Shown here one piece after another: positions 37,887 through 45,958 of a DNA stretch of 64,000 nucleotides. Position numbers and translations under genes: made by a program. Source of the stretch: Thermoanaerobaculia bacterium (GTDB taxonomy: Bacteria > Acidobacteriota > Thermoanaerobaculia > Multivoradales > JAHZIX01); the NCBI GenBank assembly GCA_027069135.1, contig JALXFE010000134.1, positions 4,684 through 68,683 of the forward strand. Reading direction: 5' to 3'. Positions within the stretch are counted from its first letter, which is position 1; every line of letters begins with the position of its first letter. The notes under the pieces are model-generated. The model worked only from the letters and a program-made list of their open reading frames with translations. It did not search any database and was not told the DNA's origin.

Positions 37887-38210
37887 CTAGCCCCCGGTCT
37901 TTGCGGAGGAAGCCTCGAAGGCGAGGACGCAGCAGCCGAGATTGATGGCCTCTCCGGCTTGCCGAATCGAGACATCCGGGGCCACTCGGTAGAGCACAGC
38001 CTTTCCGTCCCGCTCCGCCGTGACCAGGCCCGCGTCCCTCAAGACGCGAAGGTGATGGGAGAGCAGGCTTTGCTCGACCTCGACGAGCCTCTGCAATTCA
38101 CCCGCATGCTTCGGTCCTTCCAGGAGGAGCCTTACAACCTGCAATCTCTTATCCTCCGCCAGAACCTTGAGGCGGTCGGAGCAGGAGGGTTGGGTTTCGG
38201 TAGTGGCCAT
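37887..38210 (-). CDS. ArsR/SmtB-family transcriptional repressor
   Basis: LKVLAEDKRLQVV, QSLLSHHLRVLRDAGLV, C-terminal vicinal CC (NLGCC). Confidence 0.92.
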   Translation of the reverse strand: MATTETQPSCSDRLKVLAEDKRLQVVRLLLEGPKHAGELQRLVEVEQSLLSHHLRVLRDAGLVTAERDGKAVLYRVAPDVSIRQAGEAINLGCCVLAFEASSAKTGG

Positions 38211-38242
38211 AGTCGTTTCTCTCGTGGGAGCTGTGGATTCGA

Positions 38243-38279
38243 TTCAACCGATTTTCATATCAAAATCGGTTCATGTCAA
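38243..38279 (-). promoter_or_regulatory. ArsR-type operator overlapping a sigma-70 promoter
   Basis: Tandem TTCAA-N6-TTCAT and ATCAA-N6-TTCAT units, perfect inverted repeat AACCGATTTT/AAAATCGGTT, minus-strand TTGACA at 38279-38274. Confidence 0.7.
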
Positions 38280-38435
38280 TGAGCCAGAGAGTTTGCGGTG
38301 AGCAGCCTCTTCGCTCTCCTGCTCTTACGGGCGAAGGCCCGGCATGGTTCTGTGGTGCTCTTGGAAATGGGTCCATGTTGAGTTAGCATAGGAGACTTGC
38401 GTCCCTGAGAACATTTGAAATTCTAGGAGATTGAT

Positions 38436-41400
38436 ATGCGTCGAGTTTCTTATTTAGGGTGCAGGGTCGGGGTCCTCTTTGCGGTGCTCTGGGCGTTCTT
38501 GGGCGCGATGGACCTAAGAGCGGTAGGAGATCCGGTGCTCAGATACCAGGGGGCTCTTCTCGATGGCCAAGGAGGCCTCGACGGGTTGAACGGAGCCTGC
38601 TCCGTCATCGTCTCGCCGGATGGGAGGTTCGTCTACGTCGCGGGCCACAAGGACGGCTCCATTGCGGTTTTCGAAAGGCAAGGAGATGCTAGGCCCTTGG
38701 TGCAGAGGCATCTCTACCGGGCGGGCCTCGGTGGATTCGAGTACTTGGAAGATGTCGGGGTTCTCGAGCTGAGCCCGGATGGCAGGAACCTCTATGCTGC
38801 GACAAGCCGGTCCCGACTGGTGGTGTTCGAGCGCAACGTGGTTACCGGAGCTCTGACCTTCCAAGAGCTCCATTCCCACGGGGTAGACGGGGTGGTGGGA
38901 CTCCGGAAGCCTTGGGATCTTCTGGTAAGCCGGGATGGCGGGGCTCTTTACGTCGCTGATAAGGCGGGTGCTCTCGGAGTCTTTTCGCGGAACCCGGGGG
39001 ACGGGAGCCTGACCTTCGTGGAGGCCCTCACGGGGACCTTCGAAGTCGGCCTGGGGGACATTCGTGCTCCCTTCAATCTGGCCTGGGGGTTGGCAGAGAG
39101 TCCGGACGGTAGGCATCTCTATCTCTCTGCCCTGATCGGGGGGATAACAACTTTCTCGAGAAGCGCTTCCACGGGCCGGTTGAATTTCGTAGAGAATCTC
39201 GAGTTGCGGGATTCCTCCGTCTTTCTTCCTGCTGCGGTTGAAGTTTCACCGGAAGGCCGGTTCGTCTTCGTGCTTCGGTTCGGTCCTCAGGACACCCTCG
39301 ACGGCTCGGCACTTTTGGTTTTTGCGAGGGATGGCGGGAGCGGCAAGTTGACTCATATCGGTGGATGTTGCGAGGGCTTCGATTTTCGAGACGAATTCGA
39401 ACTTGGAGCTCCGTCGCTTCAAGTCTCTGAAGATGGCCGACACCTTCTTGCAACGCTCTTCCTCACGGCAAAGGTCGCTCGCTTCTCGTTCGATACCTTG
39501 AGTGGGACGGTAGTGCTCGAGGAATTGTTGGGAGCGGACCCGGTTCAGTCCTCGATTTTCCTCGGAGGGGCAGCCCTCGCGTCGGCGCCGGGAGAGGACC
39601 GCTTCTACGTCGCGAGCAACGAAGCCGATACTCTTGTGAGTCTCCGTTTTCCTGGGGCGACCGGAGGCTTGGAGGTGGAGGAGGTGCTCAAAGACGGCAC
39701 CGGTGAGCGGGTTTCCGGACTTGAGACCATTGCTGATCTCGAGATCAGCAGCGATGGAGAGACGCTCATTTCCACATCGCCGGTCGATGATTCCATCGCA
39801 GTGCAGAGAATCTCCGCAGTGGATGGTTCTCTCGAGCAGTTCCAGGTGATCGACGTCGACGGGCCGGAGGTCTTTTTTGGACCTCGCAACTTCGAGATCA
39901 GCCCGGACGATCACTTCCTCTACCTTACAAGAAGTGCGCGCATTTTCGAGCGAGAAGAAGCGACGGGGCAGTGGTTCTCATCCAGTGAAGATCCTTCGGC
40001 CGGGCACCGCGTTTCAACCATGGCTCCCGACGGGGGGCATTTCTATGCCGGAGCCCGGGGAAGGACGGGTGCTGAGGGTGTAGGGATCTATTCCCTGGAC
40101 GAGACCTCCGGTCAAAGGACCTTGGTCGAGGTGCTGGAGAGCTTCGAAACCGAAGACGGCACCCCGGATAGTTTTGTCAAGGTTACGTCGATTGCGGTAA
40201 GCCCTGACAGCCGCCACGTCTACGTCTCGCTTGGAAGCGGTGCCTTGTACGCTCTCTTGGTCTACTCCAGGGAACCGGCGACCGGCGAGATTAGTCTCGT
40301 GCAGCGGATTCCCTTCGACGTGACCCCGGACCGCTTCTTCGACAATCCGAGGGAGATGACTTTCGATCCCGCTGGCGGCAATCTCTACGCTGTTTCGCGC
40401 TTCAACGGCCTGGTGGTCTTTGGGCGTGACCTTCAATCCGGTGAGTTGCGTTACCTCCAAGACTTGCCGTTCTCCATCGACGATCCCGACACCTTCTACC
40501 TGACTGCTCTAAGAGATCCGACCGTCGATCCGACGGGTGAATTCCTGTACGTTGCCGAGGCGCTGGAAGATACGCTGGTCGTCTATCGGCGTAATCTGAC
40601 GACGGGGAGGCTGACCCTTGAGGAGAGATTTCGCAACGGACAGGACGGAGTCGACGGGCTTCTAAACCCTCGGGCACTGGCGGTGAGTCCTGATGGCCAG
40701 AATGTCTACGTCAGCACCGGGGTCGGCGGAATTCTTACCTTTACCAAAGGTCCGGCCCCCTGTTCAGGGCTTGCTACGAGCCTCTGCCTCAACGATTCAC
40801 GGTACGAGCTCACGGTCCAGTGGCGCACGCGGGACGGTGGTACCGGGGTCGGCACGGCGGTTGCCGGGGGGACGGAGGACTCCGGATTGATCTGGTTCTT
40901 CAACCAGGACAATTGGGAGATGTTGGTCAAAGTCCTCGATGGCTGCGCGGTCAACGGCCATATGTGGGTCTTTTCCGCGGCGACGACGAACGTCGAGTAC
41001 ACCCTGACGGTTCGGGATACTGTCACCGGCGCCGTCAAGGAATACTTCAATCCTTTGGGGAGCTCGGCGGCGGCGGTCACGGATACGCTCGCTTTCGAGA
41101 GTTGCGATGGCGGTCTGGAGGGTGTGGAGAATCCGGGTGCTTCCCTCCACAAGTCCTTCCCGAAGTCCCTGCCGAGCCCGAAGTCATCGGTCGAGGGCCG
41201 AGCCTCCTCCCTCGAGACGTGTTTGGGAGAAGCAAGCGGGCTGTGTCTCAATGGCGATCGGTTTCGCGTCTCCGTCGATTGGAGGAAGCGCAATGGCGAC
41301 CGAGGCTCCGGGCAGGCGGTGGCGCTTCGCAGTGACGACTCCGGCCTTTTCTGGTTCTTCAACGAACAGAATTGGGAGATGCTGGTCAAGGTACTGGATG

Positions 41401-41570
41401 GTTGTGGGGTCAACGGAAACTATTGGGTGTTCTCAGCAGCCACCACCAACGTTGAGTACACCCTGACCGTCACCGACACCACCACCGGAATGGAGAAGAC
41501 GTATTTCAACCCCCTGGGGACGTCCGCCTCGGCCATCACGGACACGCATGCCTTGCCCGCCTGCCCCTGA
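38436..41570 (+). CDS. Secreted double beta-propeller (lactonase-like) protein with two copies of an uncharacterised C-terminal domain
   Basis: Many SPDGRxxY repeats and two ~115-aa repeats containing WFFNxxNWEMLVKVLDGC...WVFSAATTNVEYTLTV. Confidence 0.85.
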   Translation: MRRVSYLGCRVGVLFAVLWAFLGAMDLRAVGDPVLRYQGALLDGQGGLDGLNGACSVIVSPDGRFVYVAGHKDGSIAVFERQGDARPLVQRHLYRAGLGGFEYLEDVGVLELSPDGRNLYAATSRSRLVVFERNVVTGALTFQELHSHGVDGVVGLRKPWDLLVSRDGGALYVADKAGALGVFSRNPGDGSLTFVEALTGTFEVGLGDIRAPFNLAWGLAESPDGRHLYLSALIGGITTFSRSASTGRLNFVENLELRDSSVFLPAAVEVSPEGRFVFVLRFGPQDTLDGSALLVFARDGGSGKLTHIGGCCEGFDFRDEFELGAPSLQVSEDGRHLLATLFLTAKVARFSFDTLSGTVVLEELLGADPVQSSIFLGGAALASAPGEDRFYVASNEADTLVSLRFPGATGGLEVEEVLKDGTGERVSGLETIADLEISSDGETLISTSPVDDSIAVQRISAVDGSLEQFQVIDVDGPEVFFGPRNFEISPDDHFLYLTRSARIFEREEATGQWFSSSEDPSAGHRVSTMAPDGGHFYAGARGRTGAEGVGIYSLDETSGQRTLVEVLESFETEDGTPDSFVKVTSIAVSPDSRHVYVSLGSGALYALLVYSREPATGEISLVQRIPFDVTPDRFFDNPREMTFDPAGGNLYAVSRFNGLVVFGRDLQSGELRYLQDLPFSIDDPDTFYLTALRDPTVDPTGEFLYVAEALEDTLVVYRRNLTTGRLTLEERFRNGQDGVDGLLNPRALAVSPDGQNVYVSTGVGGILTFTKGPAPCSGLATSLCLNDSRYELTVQWRTRDGGTGVGTAVAGGTEDSGLIWFFNQDNWEMLVKVLDGCAVNGHMWVFSAATTNVEYTLTVRDTVTGAVKEYFNPLGSSAAAVTDTLAFESCDGGLEGVENPGASLHKSFPKSLPSPKSSVEGRASSLETCLGEASGLCLNGDRFRVSVDWRKRNGDRGSGQAVALRSDDSGLFWFFNEQNWEMLVKVLDGCGVNGNYWVFSAATTNVEYTLTVTDTTTGMEKTYFNPLGTSASAITDTHALPACP

Positions 41571-41584
41571 GGCATAAGCGCATC

Positions 41585-41606
41585 GGAAGGGTGGGGCCTT
41601 CCTTTG
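41585..41606 (+). terminator. Possible intrinsic terminator
   Basis: GGAAGG-GTGGGG-CCTTCC followed by TTT, just after the stop codon. Confidence 0.4.
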
Positions 41607-41904
41607 ATGTCTCGATCCATCGACTCCCTTCCCGGAATGACTGAGATCCGTCGCGGTGGTGCATCCACCGCGACATCCCGATTCGATCCGCATCAGGGAA
41701 AAAATCCCCGAATCCCGATCTGAGGTTGGCTCGTTTTCGAGCATAGGAATCCATGGAGGCTTATTTTTGTGGAAATAGCCATGATTCTAAATGTTGGCCC
41801 GAGAGTTGCAGTGAACCCCTGGCCTAGGAGGAAGCCACCGGGGCGTTTGTCCCGAAGCCGCTTCCGACGGGGTCAGCGCAAGCAGACCCATGGAGGTCCG
41901 AAGA

Positions 41905-42263
41905 TGATGATCAAAGCTTTACTTACCAGCTTGGGACTGTCCCTTCTTTTTTCGACAATTCCGGCTCCCGATGTCTTCGGCGAAGGCATGCGAGACGAGC
42001 CGGTAGAAATTCTGTTTGATTTCCCGCTTTCCCTCGGTGCAATCCATTGGATCGAAGTGGAGGAGGCCAGTGGTCTCACCATGTCGGATTTGCGAACCCG
42101 GGAGGCCGATTTTGTCTCGTTTGCTAGCGATAGCAGCAAGGCAGAGCCGGGCACTTGGATTCTCGTAGTCCAGAATGGTCTTTGGAGAGTAGCGAGCGGT
42201 CCTGAAGGTCAGTTGAGGAAACGAGACCACGAACCCTACCTCTGGTTTCGATGTTTCGGCTGA
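41905..42263 (+). CDS. Hypothetical secreted protein
   Basis: GGAGG upstream of MMIKALLTSLGLSLLFSTIPA (signal-like), followed by a strong hairpin. Start position is approximate. Confidence 0.45.
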
Positions 42264-42296
42264 GCCTTCTTTCCCTTCCAGAACCCCCCCAAAAAG

Positions 42297-42344
42297 GCCC
42301 TGGGTCGGTAGATTTTCTCACCGACCCAGGGCTTCACACCTTTT
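42297..42344 (+). terminator. Strong hairpin / probable terminator
   Basis: 13-bp perfect stem GCCCTGGGTCGGT/ACCGACCCAGGGC flanked by A5 and a T-rich tail. Confidence 0.6.
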
Positions 42345-42386
42345 GTAGAGATTCTTCGATACGACGGCCTTGAGGTTGAATGCTGG

Positions 42387-42489
42387 TAGTTGGTGGCATA
42401 AACTGGCCCATCCGAAAGGGATGGGAACTGCCCCGAATTATGTCGGGGCGCGATAGTATGTTTAGGTGCGACTCACCGGTCGCCAGCTA
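42387..42489 (+). ncRNA. Candidate structured cis-regulatory RNA or sRNA (family unassigned)
   Basis: Nested stems TAGTTGGTGGC/GTCGCCAGCTA and GCATAAAC/GTTTAGGTGC, plus hairpins CCCATCC-GAAA-GGGATGGG and GCCCCGA-ATTATG-TCGGGGC. Confidence 0.5.
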
Positions 42490-42587
42490 AAGATCGAGAT
42501 CTGTAACCCTGGCAGGTTTCGAGTTTCGACCCTGGGCCTCGGCTATCAGGGCAGGGCATCAGGGATGCAACAAGGGAAAATTCTTTC

Positions 42588-43367
42588 GTGACCGAGCGGC
42601 TTCGCGATCTCGATATGCCCGGAGCGGGTGACCCTCAAAGCCGGTCTCAGGTTCTTGAGGAGCTCAAAGCCTCCTTGCAGCAGGCGGGCTCTTTGGTGGA
42701 AGGCCTGGAAGAGCGGCTAGCTTCGGGTCGTGCAGAGGGCCTATCGGAGGCTGCCTCGGAGCGAATTCTAGAGCTCGAACAACGGCTGAGAGCGACGGAA
42801 GAGGATGTCCAGGAGTTATCCTCCCGGCTCGTTGACTCCGAGCACCACGCCGGGCGGCTGATGAACCTCTACGTCGCAACCTTCCAATTGCACGCCAACC
42901 TAGATCCGGACGAAGTCCAGGCGACGATCGCGGAGATCGCCATCAATCTTCTCGGCGCCGAGCGATTCGTCCTACTGCTGCGCAAGAACACCGGAACCGA
43001 ATGTGATGTGGCGCTCTCGGAGGGCGGCAACGGCAATACCGGAGGTCTCTATTCGGATGGTCGCTATCTGGGGGGGGATGCCATGGTGGACTCCACTCTC
43101 GAAGATGGCGTCCTTCGGATCGGTCCGGAGAAAGGCTCCAACGCCCTCGCTGCCGTGCCCCTGCGGGTAGAGGAGCAGATCGTCGGAGCCCTGGTCCTCC
43201 TCAAGTTACTCGATCACAAGCCGGTCCTGCGTCCCGAAGACCGGGATCTGCTGGATTTACTCTCGGCCCATGCGGCGTCCGCCCTCTTCGCTGCGAGACT
43301 CTTCGCTACCAAGGATCGCAAGCTCCGAACCCTGGAGAGCCTCATCCAGCTGGCGCGGGGAGAATGA
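42588..43367 (+). CDS. Coiled-coil + GAF domain protein
   Basis: Heptad-rich N-terminus, AAVPLRVEEQIVGALVL...EDRDLLDLLSAHAASAL. Confidence 0.8.
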   Translation: MTERLRDLDMPGAGDPQSRSQVLEELKASLQQAGSLVEGLEERLASGRAEGLSEAASERILELEQRLRATEEDVQELSSRLVDSEHHAGRLMNLYVATFQLHANLDPDEVQATIAEIAINLLGAERFVLLLRKNTGTECDVALSEGGNGNTGGLYSDGRYLGGDAMVDSTLEDGVLRIGPEKGSNALAAVPLRVEEQIVGALVLLKLLDHKPVLRPEDRDLLDLLSAHAASALFAARLFATKDRKLRTLESLIQLARGE

Positions 43368-43404
43368 TGGGCGACTCTGAGCACTACCGAAACCGATACC
43401 TACG

Positions 43405-45033
43405 ATGAGTATTTCTGGAAGTCTCGAGGACGTCTCAGTAGCGGACGTCATGCAGTTCATCCACCTGGGGAAGCGGACCGGAACCCTGCTGCTCCGTCGG
43501 GGGAACGAAGAGGGGATGATCGGGTTCCACGAGGGGCGCCTGATCTCTACCCAATCCCCGAAGACTCCCCGGTTGGGAGACCTTCTCTTGAGCTCCGGGC
43601 TGCTCGATGCGGCAAGCTTGCAAGCGGCGGTCGCCACCCAACAAGCTTCTGAGGAAAGGCGTTCGTTGGGGAAAATTCTCGTCGGGGAGGGAACCCTCGA
43701 AGAGGATCAACTCCGGGAGGTTATTTCTCAGCAGATTGAGCAGACGGTCTCCGAGCTGGTGGATTGGGAATCCGGAAGCTTCGAGTTCGCGGTCAACGAC
43801 CTGGCGCCGGTGGATGAGATCGGTCTCTTCCCGAGCGATGTCGTCCCAGGAAGCGATATCAATACCCAGATGGTGCTTCTGGAAGCGGCTCGGATCTTAG
43901 ATGAGCGAAATCGGGACGATCCCGGCGACGAGACCAAGCCCGGGAAAGAGGACATGGATGAGACCCATCCCATTCTTCCTCAGAGCAGAAAACCGGAGGC
44001 CACAGAACCCCCCGCACCCCCGCCTCCGAACGAGCCGCCGGCGTCTCAGGTCCTCGAACCCGAGCCCGTGTTGGACCCGGACGCCGAGCGTCAGCTCAGC
44101 CAGCTGGGGAACGAGTCTCCTGCGGATTTCGCAGTCCTCCACCTGGTCAGCACCGACACAGACCTCGGCGAAAAGGTGGCTCAGGCGTTGCCTGAGGGAA
44201 TCCATAGGATCGAGGTGCGAAGCCTGGGCAACGCCGGTCAAACCTTTGAAGAGAGCCTGCAGGTCATCGTTCTGGTCGATCTTCGAGATGGTCAATCGAC
44301 CCTTGAGGACGTCGCCCGGGTCCACCGGCTTCGGCCGAGGATCCCGGTCTTGGCCTTGGTGGAGCGAGTGGTTCCGGTGTCTCAGGTCTACGCTGCCGGC
44401 GCCTTGGCTGCGCTTCCGGCGGAAGTCGACGCCATCATCTCCTGCGTTCAGAATGTCCTTCAGAGCCGCCGGCAGCTTTCCCGCTTGAGGTCGAGCTCGC
44501 GTTCGGTGGGCCGCCCCGGCGGGGTAGCGCGATTGCGTCGGGTCTTTGGCGACCTGCGATCGGGCCTGCTCTCTGCGACGGTGGCGCTGAACCTGATGCA
44601 CATCATCTCCGAGTCCGTCGAGCGGGCCGTTCTCTTCTTGGTCCGCCACGATTGCCTCCACGCTCTCGGTGCTTTCGGCGCTGGTACCGATGGGAAGCCT
44701 CTTGCTGAGTTGACCCGTGGGATGCGCCTGGCCATCGACGACCCGAGTGTACTCGCGGATAGCCTGAGCTCCGGCGAGACCCTGACGGTGAAGTTCAGCG
44801 ATGCGGTGCTCCCGGACCGGCTCAAAGAACTCCTTGGGCGTCCGTCGACGGGGCAGGTCGTGATATTTCCAGTGCTCGGAGCTCGACGGGTTATCTCCGT
44901 GATCTACACTGACAACGGTTCGGTCGATCGTCCGATAGAGGACATCGAGATTCTAGAGCTGGCGACGGCTCAGGTCGGGATGGCGTTTGAGAACGAGCTC
45001 TTGCGGCGCCAGATTTCGCAACAGGAGGCCTGA
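43405..45033 (+). CDS. DUF4388 (PatA-N) domain signalling protein with degenerate receiver and C-terminal GAF
   Basis: SGSLEDVSVADVMQFI...TGTL, RLGDLLL/LGKILV repeats, WESGSFEF, VISVIYTDN. Confidence 0.8.
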   Translation: MSISGSLEDVSVADVMQFIHLGKRTGTLLLRRGNEEGMIGFHEGRLISTQSPKTPRLGDLLLSSGLLDAASLQAAVATQQASEERRSLGKILVGEGTLEEDQLREVISQQIEQTVSELVDWESGSFEFAVNDLAPVDEIGLFPSDVVPGSDINTQMVLLEAARILDERNRDDPGDETKPGKEDMDETHPILPQSRKPEATEPPAPPPPNEPPASQVLEPEPVLDPDAERQLSQLGNESPADFAVLHLVSTDTDLGEKVAQALPEGIHRIEVRSLGNAGQTFEESLQVIVLVDLRDGQSTLEDVARVHRLRPRIPVLALVERVVPVSQVYAAGALAALPAEVDAIISCVQNVLQSRRQLSRLRSSSRSVGRPGGVARLRRVFGDLRSGLLSATVALNLMHIISESVERAVLFLVRHDCLHALGAFGAGTDGKPLAELTRGMRLAIDDPSVLADSLSSGETLTVKFSDAVLPDRLKELLGRPSTGQVVIFPVLGARRVISVIYTDNGSVDRPIEDIEILELATAQVGMAFENELLRRQISQQEA

Positions 45034-45035
45034 CG

Positions 45036-45242
45036 ATGCCCCTCTATGAATACGCCTGCACAGAATGTGGGCACCGGTTCGAGATTCTTCAACCCATGGG
45101 TGCTGGCAAGGAAGGGTTGCAATGCCCGGCCTGTGCCTCCACCTCGCTGTCGAAGCAGTTCTCGACCTTCTCGGGTTCGGTGGCGGACAGTGCCTCGGCC
45201 AGTCCATCGACCTCCGGCTGTTGCCGTGGGGCCCCTACGTGA
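45036..45242 (+). CDS. FmdB-family zinc ribbon protein
   Basis: MPLYEYACTECGHRFE...CPACAS. Confidence 0.9.
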   Translation: MPLYEYACTECGHRFEILQPMGAGKEGLQCPACASTSLSKQFSTFSGSVADSASASPSTSGCCRGAPT

Positions 45243-45304
45243 GCGGTCCCATGACCGATCGGCCCGGTGGGCCGACATCACGAGCTTTATAGCAGTCCCC
45301 ATCT

Positions 45305-45832
45305 TCATTCGGAGAGAGGCGCTTCGGCGGGGCCTCCTCGGGGAGATTCTTTTTCCGAGCTCCGACGGTTCTTGGGTCGAACGTAGAGCAACTTTTCGAC
45401 TTCGGCCACGAGCTGTCCGTCTTGATCCTCGACCCGGGCGGTAAACGTGGGTTCCACCACGCCATCACGAATCGCATCCTGGCGGATGGCTTCGACCTCT
45501 TCCGGGGAAATCCGGAAGGTCGCAGACATCGTTCCACGGCCGGGTCGCCGAAATCGAATGGTGGCGGCCTTGTCCCAGACAATGAAGTCGCTGCCCAACT
45601 GGTCCAGCAGCATCAGCATGAAATAGGGATCGCACATGGAGTAGAGAGAGCCTCCGAAGTGGCTCCCTACGTAGTTGCGGTTCCACCAGCGCAGCTTCAT
45701 TCGAACCTCGATGATCGAAAAATCATCGGAGATTCGGGTCACCTCTATCCCAGCCCCCAGGTTGGGTGGATAGATACGCAGCAACCGGCGCAGCTTACGG
45801 GCTCGGCGCCGACGTGAAGAAGAGCGGTTCAT
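45305..45832 (-). CDS. DUF4442 / hotdog-fold thioesterase-like protein
   Basis: YPPNLGAGI, NRNYVGSHFGGSLYSMCDP, VWDKAATIRFRRPG. Confidence 0.85.
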   Translation of the reverse strand: MNRSSSRRRRARKLRRLLRIYPPNLGAGIEVTRISDDFSIIEVRMKLRWWNRNYVGSHFGGSLYSMCDPYFMLMLLDQLGSDFIVWDKAATIRFRRPGRGTMSATFRISPEEVEAIRQDAIRDGVVEPTFTARVEDQDGQLVAEVEKLLYVRPKNRRSSEKESPRGGPAEAPLSE

Positions 45833-45958
45833 GGCGGTCTCCCTATCTGCCAGGAATGGTTTCAGCCTGCAACCGCTGGACCCACTTTGGACCCGGGGCG
45901 CAAGATCCCGGATGTTAACGGGTTTCTCCATCGTAAACTCCAAGGACCGGAGGGCTCC

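Noticed and set aside
42395-42450. c-di-GMP-I, c-di-AMP or cobalamin riboswitch assignment for the structured leader
   Set aside because: It has a GAAA-capped stem but lacks GGCAAAC...GACGCAAAGC, the ydaO core and the B12 box, so it is left unassigned
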